A stretch of DNA of 64,000 bases from an uncultured Bacillota bacterium (GTDB taxonomy: Bacteria; Bacillota_I; Bacilli_A; RF39; UBA660): positions 523,298-587,297 of the forward strand of contig OW818670.1 of the NCBI GenBank assembly GCA_942493215.1, in the 5' to 3' direction. Shown in pieces: positions 49,770 through 60,392 of the stretch. Position numbers and translations under genes: made by a program. Position 1 is the first letter of the stretch; every line of letters starts with the position of its first letter. The notes under the pieces are model-generated. The model was given only the letters and a program-made list of their open reading frames with translations. It was not told the DNA's origin and searched no databases.

Positions 49770-50603
49770 ATGTTTTGGAAGGCAGAGGTAAGGAATATGA
49801 ATGAAAAGAAAAAAGTAATGATTTTATTAGCTATTGTTTTCGTAATAGTAGCTATAATTGTATCCTCAATAATAGTAGATAATATTAAGAGTAATGGTGT
49901 TTATAAAGAATTTGAAAATAGTCTAAAAGGTAATACTAATGAAATAGTTTATCTAGGTAGTAAAACAAGTGGATATAGTACTGCTGTAGAACCAATTCTA
50001 AATGGTTATGCTGATAAGTATAAATTTAGTTACTCATATATCAATACTGATAATTTAAGTACTGGTAGTTTGAATGTCATTTTAGGTAAAGCTAATATTG
50101 ACGATAGTAGCTTTGTTCCTGCTTATATTGTTGTAGGTAAGGATGGTAAAATAGTAGATAAAATAAATGCCAGTACTTCTGAAGAAAAAGCTATTTTTGA
50201 ATTTTTGCAAAAATATGGTTTTATTACAACCGGTACTGAATATACTAGCAGTAGTAATTTAACATATGTAACGGCTTCTAAGTTTGTTGATTTAGTAAAA
50301 GGAACTGAACGTTCAGTTATTGTTATTGGTCAAACAACTTGTAGTCATTGTATTGCTGTTCGCCCAACATTAAGTGCAATTGCAAGCGAAGAAAAGATTG
50401 CTGTTTATTATATTGATTATAATACTTTATCTGAAGATGATCAAAATTTAGTATTAAATTCATTAGATTATCTAAAAAATAATGAGTGGGGAACACCTTT
50501 AATGCTAGTTGTTGAAAATAATAAACTTATTAATTCACTTCCTGGTGAAACAACTAAAGCTAACTATGTTAATTTCCTAAAAGAAAATGGAGTATTAAAA
50601 TAA
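49770..50603 (+). CDS. Membrane-anchored double thioredoxin-like protein (one CxxC = CSHC)
   Basis: 277 aa. N-terminal TM, two Trx-like halves. The second half has GQTTCSHCIAVRP and a cis-Pro-like GTPLMLV. Confidence 0.5.
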   Translation: MFWKAEVRNMNEKKKVMILLAIVFVIVAIIVSSIIVDNIKSNGVYKEFENSLKGNTNEIVYLGSKTSGYSTAVEPILNGYADKYKFSYSYINTDNLSTGSLNVILGKANIDDSSFVPAYIVVGKDGKIVDKINASTSEEKAIFEFLQKYGFITTGTEYTSSSNLTYVTASKFVDLVKGTERSVIVIGQTTCSHCIAVRPTLSAIASEEKIAVYYIDYNTLSEDDQNLVLNSLDYLKNNEWGTPLMLVVENNKLINSLPGETTKANYVNFLKENGVLK

Positions 50604-50604
50604 T

Positions 50605-51063
50605 ATGGTGAATATTGTTTACCAAAAAGTTCGTGAATTTAAAAGAAAGTATCCTTGGACTATTGCTTGGCGGTTGCGCGCTAATAGTTCAGTTATTAAT
50701 ATGCATTTAAATCCCGGTGAAGAAGTATTATATGCTTTTGCAGCCCAAAAAGGCGAAAGTATGAATCTTATTAATACTTTTGCTGTCGCACTTACTAATA
50801 AACGTATTCTTTTAGGCCAAAAGAGACTACTATTTGGATATTTCTATACAGCGGTTACACCTGATATGTTTAATGATTTAAAGGTAAGTTCAGGACTAAT
50901 ATGGGGTAAAGTTTATATTGATACAATTAAAGAATTCATAACTCTATCAACTATTCAAAATGCTGCTCTAATTGATATTGAAACAGCTATTACGGAATAT
51001 ATGATGGAAGAAAAAAGAAAATATATGCAACGGGATCATAACTGTCAAAAAGATGGAAAATAA
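50605..51063 (+). CDS. Hypothetical protein, bacterial PH-domain-like
   Basis: 152 aa. Predicted beta-sandwich. Weak resemblance to YdbS/YokE-type bPH domains. Confidence 0.3.
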   Translation: MVNIVYQKVREFKRKYPWTIAWRLRANSSVINMHLNPGEEVLYAFAAQKGESMNLINTFAVALTNKRILLGQKRLLFGYFYTAVTPDMFNDLKVSSGLIWGKVYIDTIKEFITLSTIQNAALIDIETAITEYMMEEKRKYMQRDHNCQKDGK

Positions 51064-51155
51064 AATGTTTTTCATCTTTTTATATGGGAAAATAGAGATA
51101 AGCTTGAAAAAAGTTATAACTTTATATATAATTAGATTAATACTAGGAGGGGAAA

Positions 51156-52421
51156 ATGAAACAATTACTTAAAGTTCTACTGTCTCTATTTGCAGTTTTC
51201 TATATTGTGCAAATATTGTTTCTTTTTTTTGGACCAGGATATGAGACTAATTATCGTCTAAATGATAATGGAAGTGTTTTTACTATTGATGAAAAATACC
51301 AAAAAAATAGCTTATATCAACTATCTAATTACTATATAACAATCAGTTTAAATAATCAGAGTTTTGACTACCAATTAGTTAAGACTAAAAATATGGGAAC
51401 AAGAATTATTAATTCCATTAAATATTATAGTGATAGTAGTTATACTTGTATTTGGCCAATATTTAAGAATAGTGATGTTAAATATGACATAACTTGTTTA
51501 AATAATGGGAATTTATTTTACTATCATGATATAAAGAATAAGGATAGTAATTTAGATCTTTTTGTTAATAATTTAAAAGAATATGATATAAATAATTTTG
51601 TTAATGATGAAGGCCAATATAATCAAACCGATAATATCTTTTTATACCAAAATAATACTATCAAAGATTATAATTTATCATTATTAAGTGATCGAGTAGT
51701 CTATTGCGCTAGTTATAATTATAACTTTTTTAATAAAATAAATGTTTTTAATGATAACACTTTAAGATTAGACACTAATTCTATATATACATATATTAAT
51801 AATTATCTTGTTATAGCGGATGGTACTACATCCAACAACTTTACAAAAATAATTTTAATTAATCAAGATGCCAGTAGTCACCAGACTATTGATACCTCAG
51901 ATATTTCATCTAATTCTTATATTGAGGGCGTAGTTGGTAATAGTGTCTACTTAATAGATCGAAACACTAAAAAACAATATGAAATAAATGCTGATAATAA
52001 AACCTCTTTAATAATAGGAACAGAAAAATCAGGTATTAAATATTACAACAATGGTCAGTGGGAAAATAGGAGTTTTGAAGATGCCTTAAAAAACAATTTG
52101 ATTTTTACACAAATAGTAAATGATGTTACGAACGATTTTACTGGGTATGATAGAGTTATAAAATATGGTGATAACAACATTGGTTATTACTATTACTTTA
52201 AAATTAATAATGGTAAATATGATGTTTATTCTTCATCAATTAAGAATCCCCATCAATTAACTTATCTTTTTACTTCTAGTATGGACAAGATAAAATATGA
52301 TGGTGACTATATATATTTTATTGATAACGGCTTATTAAAATATTATCATCACAGTAAAGGACTACGAACTTTAGTAAATATGCATAGTAGTATTATTGAT
52401 TATAATATTTATTATAATTAA
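51156..52421 (+). CDS. Hypothetical membrane-anchored/secreted Asn-Tyr-rich protein
   Basis: 421 aa. N-terminal hydrophobic anchor, about 25% N+Y, no recognisable domain. Confidence 0.4.
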   Translation: MKQLLKVLLSLFAVFYIVQILFLFFGPGYETNYRLNDNGSVFTIDEKYQKNSLYQLSNYYITISLNNQSFDYQLVKTKNMGTRIINSIKYYSDSSYTCIWPIFKNSDVKYDITCLNNGNLFYYHDIKNKDSNLDLFVNNLKEYDINNFVNDEGQYNQTDNIFLYQNNTIKDYNLSLLSDRVVYCASYNYNFFNKINVFNDNTLRLDTNSIYTYINNYLVIADGTTSNNFTKIILINQDASSHQTIDTSDISSNSYIEGVVGNSVYLIDRNTKKQYEINADNKTSLIIGTEKSGIKYYNNGQWENRSFEDALKNNLIFTQIVNDVTNDFTGYDRVIKYGDNNIGYYYYFKINNGKYDVYSSSIKNPHQLTYLFTSSMDKIKYDGDYIYFIDNGLLKYYHHSKGLRTLVNMHSSIIDYNIYYN

Positions 52422-52441
52422 CATTAGTAAGGGGAAAAAGA

Positions 52442-52954
52442 ATGAAATATAAAGAAATGACTTTATTGTTCCTACTACAAGATAATAAAATATTACTAGC
52501 CTTAAAAAAAAGAGGTTTTGGAGAAGGTAATTATAATGGTGTAGGGGGTAAGTTAGAACCAAATGAGATACCTGAAGGGGCTATGTTAAGAGAAACTAAA
52601 GAGGAAATAGATGTTGTTCCAACGGAATATTTTAAAGTAGGAACAATATCATTTATAGAATTTTATAAAGGTAATAAAGAACATAATTTAATGCATGTAT
52701 ATGTAGCGACTAAATGGGCTGGTATTCCTACTGAAAGTGAGGAAGTAAAGCCCATTTGGTTTAATACAAATGAAATACCATATGATAAAATGTTTGAAGA
52801 TGATAAACATTGGTTACCAAGAGTTTTAGATGGTAAAATAATTAATGACTTTTTTGAGTTTGATGAAAAGTGGACTATATTAGTACATCAACCAAAAGAT
52901 GAAGGATGGTGGAATACAGATGCTATTATCAGAGATAAATCACACCTTAACTAA
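52442..52954 (+). CDS. NUDIX hydrolase (MutT-like)
   Basis: Nudix box GGKLEPNEIPEGAMLRETKEEIDV. Confidence 0.75.
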   Translation: MKYKEMTLLFLLQDNKILLALKKRGFGEGNYNGVGGKLEPNEIPEGAMLRETKEEIDVVPTEYFKVGTISFIEFYKGNKEHNLMHVYVATKWAGIPTESEEVKPIWFNTNEIPYDKMFEDDKHWLPRVLDGKIINDFFEFDEKWTILVHQPKDEGWWNTDAIIRDKSHLN

Positions 52955-53543
52955 CCAACAAATTAATAGACTGCTGTTCTCCATAGTTGATGATCAATTA
53001 AATGGCGATTGTATTCTTGTCTTTGGTAGTATGCGTTACTTTAAATCGCGAGTTGAAAAAGCTGTTGAATTGTATTTTCAAAAGAGAGCTCCTAAAATAT
53101 TGTTTTCAGGACTAAACAATGGTGAAGAAGATAATAATTATATTGAAGCATTAGAAATGCAAAAGTATGCCCTCGAGTTAGGCGTCAAAGAAGAAGATAT
53201 ATTAATAGATGATCAGTCAACTAATACCACCGAAAACATATTGTGTTCCTTAATTGTTTTAGAACGAGCTTTTAAATTAAAAAATATTAAACGTTTAATA
53301 ATTGTTACTACTGATGGACATATGACAAGAGTATCATTAACTTTAAAACATTATATGCCTAAATGGATTGAGTATAGCTATGCTGGGTCAGTTGGTAATG
53401 GTGTAAATGTGGATAACTGGTCTAGTAGTGAAATTGGTTGTAAGAAAGTATATGAAGAGGTAAATGCTTTAATTAAATATGCTAAAGATAATACTGTTGA
53501 TGATATGAATATAGATTTTATATTTGAGGATAAGATTAGCTAA
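52920..53543 (+). CDS. DUF218/YdcF (ElyC-like) family protein
   Basis: ORF from 52899, overlapping the nudix 3' end. Core ILVFGS...ILFSGLNNGE...DDQSTNTTENI typical of YdcF/SanA. Confidence 0.55.
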   Translation: MLLSEINHTLTNQQINRLLFSIVDDQLNGDCILVFGSMRYFKSRVEKAVELYFQKRAPKILFSGLNNGEEDNNYIEALEMQKYALELGVKEEDILIDDQSTNTTENILCSLIVLERAFKLKNIKRLIIVTTDGHMTRVSLTLKHYMPKWIEYSYAGSVGNGVNVDNWSSSEIGCKKVYEEVNALIKYAKDNTVDDMNIDFIFEDKIS

Positions 53544-53562
53544 AGAATATGTGAGGTAAAAT

Positions 53563-53922
53563 ATGGATAGATGGATGTTTGGCGACAAGCCAGATGAGTT
53601 ATTAGAAAAAGTTTTATTAGGAATTAAAACAGCAACCTGCGCTTTATATGACAACGAAATTCCAGAACCTAATGAAAAAAATATTATAATGAATTCAAAA
53701 GGCAAAGATGCTTGCATGATAGAAATATATGATTATAGAATTTTAAAATATAAAGAAATGACTGAAGAAATGGCAGTGGCCGAAGGTGAAGGCGACTTAA
53801 AAGAGTGGCAAGAGATACATAAGAGGTTCTTTTCAAATGAATTGGGTATTGAGGAAAAAGAATTTGATGAGAACACTTTAATAATTTATTATTTATTTAG
53901 ATTAATTGAAAGATATAGTTGA
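53563..53922 (+). CDS. ASCH (PUA-like) domain protein
   Basis: 119 aa. KTATCALY ... EGEGDL ... H..FF pattern. Confidence 0.45.
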   Translation: MDRWMFGDKPDELLEKVLLGIKTATCALYDNEIPEPNEKNIIMNSKGKDACMIEIYDYRILKYKEMTEEMAVAEGEGDLKEWQEIHKRFFSNELGIEEKEFDENTLIIYYLFRLIERYS

Positions 53923-54032
53923 TAAGAAAGAACATAAATATTGAAATATATGGTATAATTGTTGTAGGTGATATTATGCAAAATAAACGATGGTGCCTAA
54001 AATAATAGTAAAAAAATTTTAGGAGGAAGAAA

Positions 54033-55061
54033 ATGAATAATAAAAAAAATATCTTAACGGGTGATCGTCCCACCGGACGATTACACCTAGGTCATTATTT
54101 TGGCTCTTTAAAAAAAAGGGTTGAATTGCAAGATGAATATAATACCTATATTATTATTGCTGATGTACAAGCTTTAACGGACAACTTTAATGATCCAGAA
54201 AAAGTTAGAAAAAATGTTTATGAGGTAGCAATGGATAATTTAGCTGTAGGAATAGATCCTAAAAAATCAGTTATTTTTATTCAGTCAATGATTCCCCAAA
54301 TTGCCGAATTAACTGTTTTTTATTCTAATATGGTAACTATTTCAAGGTTGGAACGTAATCCCACTGTTAAAAGCGAAATAGCTCAGAAAAAGCAATTATT
54401 TGGTGCTGATGGCGAAAGTGTTACCTATGGCTTTCTAGGATATCCGGTTAGTCAAGCGGCTGATATAACCGCCTTTGATGGGGCTGTAGTACCAGTTGGC
54501 GATGATCAATTGCCGGTTCTTGAACAAACTAGAGAGATTGTTCGAAAATTTAATAGTATATATGGTGATACTTTAATTGAACCAGTTCCAGCCTTAAGTT
54601 CTAATACCCGCATTAAAGGATTAGATGGTAATGAAAAAATGAGTAAGAGTTTAGGAAATGCTATATATTTAGCTGATTCTTATGAAGAAGTTCAGAAAAA
54701 GATTATGGCAGCTGTTACTGACCCCGATAAAATAAAGAAAGATGATCCAGCTAATCCGGAAGTATGTATGGTTTATTATTATCATAAACTAATTAGTAGT
54801 CCGGATTTAGAAAAAATCGAGCACGAGTGTCGACATGGTGAACGTGGATGTGTTGGATGTAAGAAAGAACTTATCAGTAATATGATGGATTTCTTAAAAC
54901 CAATTCAAGAAAAACGGAAATATTATGAGGACCATCCTGAAGAAGTTGAACAGATTTTAAAAGATGGTACAGCGAAGGCACAGACCAAAGCAGCGCAGGT
55001 TGTTAAGCGGGTCAAAGAAAATATGCGTATCAATTATTTTAAAGATGAAGAAAACCACTAA
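54033..55061 (+). CDS. trpS: Tryptophan--tRNA ligase
   Basis: 342 aa. HIGH = TGRLHLGH, KMSKS present. Confidence 0.9.
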   Translation: MNNKKNILTGDRPTGRLHLGHYFGSLKKRVELQDEYNTYIIIADVQALTDNFNDPEKVRKNVYEVAMDNLAVGIDPKKSVIFIQSMIPQIAELTVFYSNMVTISRLERNPTVKSEIAQKKQLFGADGESVTYGFLGYPVSQAADITAFDGAVVPVGDDQLPVLEQTREIVRKFNSIYGDTLIEPVPALSSNTRIKGLDGNEKMSKSLGNAIYLADSYEEVQKKIMAAVTDPDKIKKDDPANPEVCMVYYYHKLISSPDLEKIEHECRHGERGCVGCKKELISNMMDFLKPIQEKRKYYEDHPEEVEQILKDGTAKAQTKAAQVVKRVKENMRINYFKDEENH

Positions 55062-55122
55062 TAGTGGCTTTTTTTATTGATAAATAAGGTGAAATATACT
55101 ATAATTATATTAGGGTGGTAAT

Positions 55123-55935
55123 ATGGCAAGTATTATTAAAATTCGTAAATTAAGCTTCGCTTACAACGAAAAAAAAATATTTGATAATTTATCCCTTGAT
55201 ATCGAAGAAGGAAGCTGGACTACTATTCTAGGTCAAAATGGTAGTGGCAAAACCACACTCGGTAAACTTATGCTAGGTCTTCTTCCTACTAACGACTATA
55301 TAGTAATTAATAATATGTTATTAAATAAACAAAACATTAAAGAAATAAGAAGAGAAGTAAGTTTAATATTCCCTGATCCCGATAAACAATTTATCGCGGA
55401 AACAGTTAGTGAAGATATTATAGATACACTTGAAAATTATGGCTATTCGGAAGAACAAATAAAAAGTAAAATAGTTCAGGCTAAAACCTTATATGGTGGA
55501 AATACTGATATATTTAGTATGGATTTTATGTCTATTAGTAATAGTGACAAACAAATATTAGGACTAATTACAGCCTTAATTCTTAATCTAAAAATAATAA
55601 TTTTAGATGAAGGATTTACAATGATGGATGCCGAAACTAAAGAAAAAGCTATTGTCTTATTAAAAGAGTTTCAGCAAAAAGATCATTTAACGGTTATAAA
55701 TATTACACATAATCCGGATGAGTGCTTATTAGGAACAGAAGTTACCGTTTTGAGTGATGGTAAGGTTATATGTTCGGAAGAAACAACCAAAATATTAAAA
55801 GATATCAACTTGTTTACTAAACTGGGGTTGGAACCATCATTTATGGTGGAATTATCCAGTAAGTTACAAGCATATGACTTAATTAATACAATATATTTGA
55901 ATGAAGGGGAGTTGATTGAGGCATTATGGAAATAA
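55123..55935 (+). CDS. ecfA: Energy-coupling-factor transporter ATPase (EcfA1-like, degenerate signature)
   Basis: 270 aa. Walker A GQNGSGKTT, Walker B IILDEGF. The ABC signature is degenerate (SNSDKQ). Precedes ecfA2-ecfT-truA as in Firmicutes. Confidence 0.7.
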   Translation: MASIIKIRKLSFAYNEKKIFDNLSLDIEEGSWTTILGQNGSGKTTLGKLMLGLLPTNDYIVINNMLLNKQNIKEIRREVSLIFPDPDKQFIAETVSEDIIDTLENYGYSEEQIKSKIVQAKTLYGGNTDIFSMDFMSISNSDKQILGLITALILNLKIIILDEGFTMMDAETKEKAIVLLKEFQQKDHLTVINITHNPDECLLGTEVTVLSDGKVICSEETTKILKDINLFTKLGLEPSFMVELSSKLQAYDLINTIYLNEGELIEALWK

Positions 55936-56747
55936 AATTTAATAATGTTAGTTATCAGACTATTCTTCAAGATATTAATATTAACTTAAAGAGTAATAAA
56001 ATAAATGGTATTATGGGACATAGTGGTAGTGGTAAGACGACTTTAATAGAATTAATAAATGCTTTAAGATTACCAACTATTGGTGAGATTACGGTCGATG
56101 AAACAACAATAAATAGTAAGTTTAAACCTAAAGATATAAATAAATTTCGTGTTAATATTGGATTAGTATATGAGTTTCCAGAACAACAATTCTTTAATAA
56201 TACGGTTGAAGAAGAATTAGAATTTAGTTTGAAATATTTCAATATTCCCACTTCTGAAATTAAAAAGAATATTACTAAAGCTTTAAATAGTGTCGATTTA
56301 GATTCTTCTTATTTAAATCGTGATCCTTTTACTCTAAGTCATGGCGAAAAAAGAAAAGTTGCTCTCGCATCTATTTTAGCTTTTAATCCTAAAATATTGA
56401 TATTAGACGAACCAACCCTGGGATTAGATGGTAAAAGTCAAAAACAAATAATCAATTTAATTAAAACATTACAAGTAAAAGAAAAAAAGACCATTATTAT
56501 TGTTAGTAAGAATCCGGAATTAATATATAATCTATGTAATTATGTCTACCTAATTGATAAAGGAAAAATTGTTTTAGAAGATGAAAAATATACCTTCTTT
56601 AATAATGAAGAAATAAAAAAATATGGTGTAATACCCCCAAAGATTGTTAATTTTATTAATTTAGTTAAACAAAAGAAAAGTATTAATTTACCAATGCGGG
56701 ATGATATTGATGATTTAATAAAGGATATTTATCGATATGCTAAATAA
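55926..56747 (+). CDS. ecfA2: ECF transporter ATPase EcfA2
   Basis: 273 aa. GHSGSGKTT, LSHGEKRKV, ILILDEPTLGLD. Confidence 0.8.
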   Translation: MEIKFNNVSYQTILQDININLKSNKINGIMGHSGSGKTTLIELINALRLPTIGEITVDETTINSKFKPKDINKFRVNIGLVYEFPEQQFFNNTVEEELEFSLKYFNIPTSEIKKNITKALNSVDLDSSYLNRDPFTLSHGEKRKVALASILAFNPKILILDEPTLGLDGKSQKQIINLIKTLQVKEKKTIIIVSKNPELIYNLCNYVYLIDKGKIVLEDEKYTFFNNEEIKKYGVIPPKIVNFINLVKQKKSINLPMRDDIDDLIKDIYRYAK

Positions 56748-57489
56748 TATAAAAATTACTAAATATTATAATACTAAATCGATAATTCATACTATGCATC
56801 CCTTGGCTAAATTAATTTGTTTAATACTTTTCACGGTAGCAACCTTTTTAATCAATGATATAATGCCATTAACAATCTTATTATCTATATCAATAATAAT
56901 TTTGATGTTATCAAATGTTCCATGGCATTACTATTTTAAACAATTATGGCTAATGAAAATATTAATAATCTTTATTATTATCATTAATCTTATTATAAGA
57001 GTACCCATTAATAATAGTTTGTATATGATATTTAAAATAATATTAATTGTTATTTATTCAAGTATCTATATATTTACAACCACACCTAAAGAAACAACTT
57101 ATGCTTTACAAACATTTTTAAGCCCTTTAAAGATTTTTAAAATTAATAGCAATAGAATAGCTTTTACTATTAGTTTAGCCTTACGTTTTATTCCTATTAT
57201 TTTTGAACAAGGTAATAAAATATTGAAAGCTCAAGCTAGTCGGGGTATAGATTTTAATAACTCTAAATTAAAAGATAAGTTTTTAGCCATTAAATCAATG
57301 TTATTACCAATGTTTATATTAAGTTTTAAAAAAGCCGATGAAATATCCGAATTAATGGAATTACGATTATATGATGCTAATGATAATCATAATAAAAGTA
57401 TAAAATATTCATGGGATTATTTTTCTATTTATATGCCATTACTACATTTATTTATTTTATTAGCGTTAATAGTAAAAGAGGTTATATAA
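56737..57489 (+). CDS. ecfT: ECF transporter transmembrane component EcfT
   Basis: 250 aa, 5-6 TMs, conserved ARG motif region. Position. Confidence 0.8.
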   Translation: MLNNIKITKYYNTKSIIHTMHPLAKLICLILFTVATFLINDIMPLTILLSISIIILMLSNVPWHYYFKQLWLMKILIIFIIIINLIIRVPINNSLYMIFKIILIVIYSSIYIFTTTPKETTYALQTFLSPLKIFKINSNRIAFTISLALRFIPIIFEQGNKILKAQASRGIDFNNSKLKDKFLAIKSMLLPMFILSFKKADEISELMELRLYDANDNHNKSIKYSWDYFSIYMPLLHLFILLALIVKEVI

Positions 57490-58232
57490 TGATACGTTAT
57501 TTAATGACGATAGCTTATGATGGATCAAAGTATAGTGGTTATCAAAAACAGAATGGTAAAAGAACCATTCAAGGCACTATTGAAGAAACATTAACTATGA
57601 TAAACAGTAATAATGCTGTTAAAGTAGTTGCAAGTGGAAGAACAGATGCCGGAGTTCATGCTTTAAATCAAAAAGCTCATTTTGAGTTAAAGAAGAAGAT
57701 AAGTACTACAATATTACAAAAATCTTTAAATAAACTTTTACCTGATGATATTTATATTAAAGATATAAAAGTAGTTAATAGTAAATTTCATGCCCGTTTT
57801 AATGTCACCAAAAAAGAATATATATATAAAATAAATATTGGTGAATATAATCCCCTAGAGAAGAATTATATATATCAATATAATCAACCATTGGATATTG
57901 ATAAAATGTCTAAAACCCTTAAAGTAATAGAAGGAACACATAACTTTAGATCTTTTACCAAAGTAGAAGAAGAAAAAGATTTTGTTCGTACTATTTATAA
58001 TACCTCTATTAATATAGATAATAATATTATTACAATAAATCTTATAGGTAATGGTTTTTTACGTTATATGGTACGCAATATTGTGGGATTGTTAATAGAC
58101 ATTGGTAGTGGTAAAAGAGATCCCGAAGAAATGCCTATTATTCTTGAAAATCAAGATCGTAAACAGGCAGGTGTTATCGCTCCTCCCCAAGGTTTGTATC
58201 TAAAAGATGTAATATATGAGGAAAAAATGTAA
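57489..58232 (+). CDS. truA: tRNA pseudouridine(38-40) synthase
   Basis: Start at ATG 57489 (MIRYLMTIAYDGSKYSGYQ) with AAAGAGG RBS. Catalytic GRTDAGVHA. Confidence 0.85.
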   Translation: MIRYLMTIAYDGSKYSGYQKQNGKRTIQGTIEETLTMINSNNAVKVVASGRTDAGVHALNQKAHFELKKKISTTILQKSLNKLLPDDIYIKDIKVVNSKFHARFNVTKKEYIYKINIGEYNPLEKNYIYQYNQPLDIDKMSKTLKVIEGTHNFRSFTKVEEEKDFVRTIYNTSINIDNNIITINLIGNGFLRYMVRNIVGLLIDIGSGKRDPEEMPIILENQDRKQAGVIAPPQGLYLKDVIYEEKM

Positions 58233-58269
58233 AAAAACACTAAAAACTTATGAAAAACAAGGTTTGTTA

Positions 58270-58380
58270 TTGACTTTTAATATATTATCTAGTACAATTT
58301 ATGCTGGTACATTTTAAATCCCCAAAAGCGGATTCTGGGACAATTCGCTTAAAAACTTAATAAGTGGAAGGGAAGAATTT
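58270..58380 (+). promoter_or_regulatory. rplM promoter plus structured leader (candidate L13 leader)
   Basis: TTGACT, 17-bp spacer, TACAAT (58270-58298). Followed by the hairpin AAGCGGATTCTGGGACAATTCGCTT. Confidence 0.5.
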
Positions 58381-58815
58381 ATGAAAAATTCATACATGCA
58401 AAAAAAAGAAGAAATAGTTCGTACGTGGTATGTGCTTGATGCTGAAGGCAAAAATTTAGGCCGTTTAGCTACTAAAGCTGCACATATTTTACGTGGTAAG
58501 CATAAGACAACATTTACTCCACACGTTGATTGTGGTGATTTTGTTATTATTATTAATGCTTCCAAAGTTAATCTAACAGGGAACAAGTTAGATGATAAGA
58601 TTTATTATAATCATAGCCGTTATACAGGTGGTCTACGTGAAAGAACAGCTCGTACAATGCGTGATAATTATCCAGTTGAAATGGTCGAAAGAGCCGTTGA
58701 AGGAATGCTTCCAAATGGTAGATTGGGCCGTCAGTTATATAGAAAATTATTTGTATATGCTGGTCCAGAACATCCACATATGGCACAAAAACCAGTTGAA
58801 ATGAAGCAGGACTAA
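58381..58815 (+). CDS. rplM: 50S ribosomal protein L13
   Basis: 144 aa. Confidence 0.9.
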   Translation: MKNSYMQKKEEIVRTWYVLDAEGKNLGRLATKAAHILRGKHKTTFTPHVDCGDFVIIINASKVNLTGNKLDDKIYYNHSRYTGGLRERTARTMRDNYPVEMVERAVEGMLPNGRLGRQLYRKLFVYAGPEHPHMAQKPVEMKQD

Positions 58816-58829
58816 GGAGGGTTTTAAAA

Positions 58830-59249
58830 ATGGCAGAAAAAAAACTATATATTGGTGTTGGTAGAAGAAAATCTTCTATCGCTCAAGTAAAAATGGTACC
58901 TGGTAAAGGCAAAATTACTGTTAATGGTAAAGATGCTAATGAGTTTTTTCCATATGAAACAAATATTATGGATTTAAAACAACCATTAGTCTTAACTAAT
59001 ACCGATGGTCAATTTGATATTGAGGTTAAAGTAAATGGTGGTGGCTTTACTGGTCAAACAGGAGCTATTCGTTTAGGTATAACAAGAGCATTATTAGAAT
59101 ATGATGCAGCTAGTGATCCTACAAGTGAATCAAGCTATCGTAAGATCTTAAAAGTATCTGGTATGGTAACACGTGATCCACGTTCTAAAGAACGTAAAAA
59201 ACCAGGTCTTAAAGCAGCACGTCGTGCTCCACAATTCTCTAAGAGATAA
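58830..59249 (+). CDS. rpsI: 30S ribosomal protein S9
   Basis: 139 aa, [11 protein letters not shown]-terminal RR. Confidence 0.9.
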   Translation: MAEKKLYIGVGRRKSSIAQVKMVPGKGKITVNGKDANEFFPYETNIMDLKQPLVLTNTDGQFDIEVKVNGGGFTGQTGAIRLGITRALLEYDAASDPTSESSYRKILKVSGMVTRDPRSKERKKPGLKAARRAPQFSKR

Positions 59250-59257
59250 TAATATTA

Positions 59258-59292
59258 AACCCAATAAACTCAATGTTTATGGGTTTTTTAAT
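59258..59292 (+). terminator. Terminator after rpsI
   Basis: AAACCCA with a 16-nt loop, then TGGGTTT TTT. Confidence 0.65.
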
Positions 59293-59355
59293 ACATTGGA
59301 TTTGTTTTTACGATGATTATATAGTATAATTTTAATATTAATTAGGGGTGATATT

Positions 59356-60060
59356 ATGATAGAACAAATTAAAAATCAAGTATTTGAATTGTTAAGTAAT
59401 GATAATTCTGGTCATGGTAAGGACCATATAGCTAGAGTTTTAGCGTTATCATTAAGATTTGCTCAACAAGAACAAGCCAATATAGAACTAGTAACCTTAA
59501 TTGCCTTATTACACGATGTTGATGACTATAAGTTATTTGGCTATGAAAATGCCGAAAACTTACCTAATGCGAGAAGAATAATGGATAATGCCCATATTAG
59601 TGGTAATATTAAAGATCAGGTTTTAGAAGCTCTTAAAACGATTGGTTATAGTAAAAGATTACATGGGATTGTACCACAAACAATTGAAGCGAAAGTTGTT
59701 TCTGATGCTGATATGTGTGATGCGATAGGTGCAAACGGAATTCTTCGTACATATGCTTATAGTATGAAAAATGGTAGACCATTCTTTGGTAAGGACATTT
59801 TTCCAATTGAAGATATGTCATCAGATAAATACACCAGAAAATCCTCTGATAGCTGTGTATGTCATATATTTGAAAAATTACTAAAGCTTAAAGATTTAAT
59901 GCTAACAACATCTGGTGGAAGGGAAGCTATAGCTAGACATCAGATAATTGTTGAGTTTTTATATCATTTATTTGAAGAGGAAAACGCTAATGATTGGAAA
60001 ATATATTTAGATAATTATTTAGAGGGACAAAAGACTTCTGGATGTATTAGAAAGGCTTAA
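59356..60060 (+). CDS. HD-domain phosphohydrolase
   Basis: 234 aa. H..HGKDH and HDVDD metal-binding motifs. Confidence 0.75.
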   Translation: MIEQIKNQVFELLSNDNSGHGKDHIARVLALSLRFAQQEQANIELVTLIALLHDVDDYKLFGYENAENLPNARRIMDNAHISGNIKDQVLEALKTIGYSKRLHGIVPQTIEAKVVSDADMCDAIGANGILRTYAYSMKNGRPFFGKDIFPIEDMSSDKYTRKSSDSCVCHIFEKLLKLKDLMLTTSGGREAIARHQIIVEFLYHLFEEENANDWKIYLDNYLEGQKTSGCIRKA

Positions 60061-60363
60061 CAAGCATTATCAATATTTTAACTAAACTTATAAGTTGAGT
60101 TTTTATGACATTGAAACGGTCATATGCATTCAATATTAATAATATATAATGTAAGTAGAATAAAAAAATCTTTTATCTATATTACCTTAACTCATTTGGC
60201 AAGATAAAATATATTAAAAGCAATGTTAACCTTATCGAATGGCAAGCCACGACATTAAGCCATAACTAGTGATATTATTAATATCCCCTATGGTAATAGT
60301 ATCACAATATTGTTACTAAAACAGTAACCGTTAATATAAAATCTTATCAATTAGTTATGTTTA

Positions 60364-60392
60364 GAAAACAGAATATATTTCTGTTTTCTTTT
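60364..60392 (+). terminator. Terminator-like hairpin inside the 354-bp non-coding spacer
   Basis: GAAAACAGA-atatat-TCTGTTTTC followed by TTTTAC. Confidence 0.4.

Noticed and set aside
53923-54032. T-box riboswitch upstream of trpS
   Set aside because: The spacer is only about 110 nt and lacks the T-box motif (AATTAGGGTGGNACCGCG) and an obvious specifier or antiterminator arrangement. It is probably a plain promoter leader.
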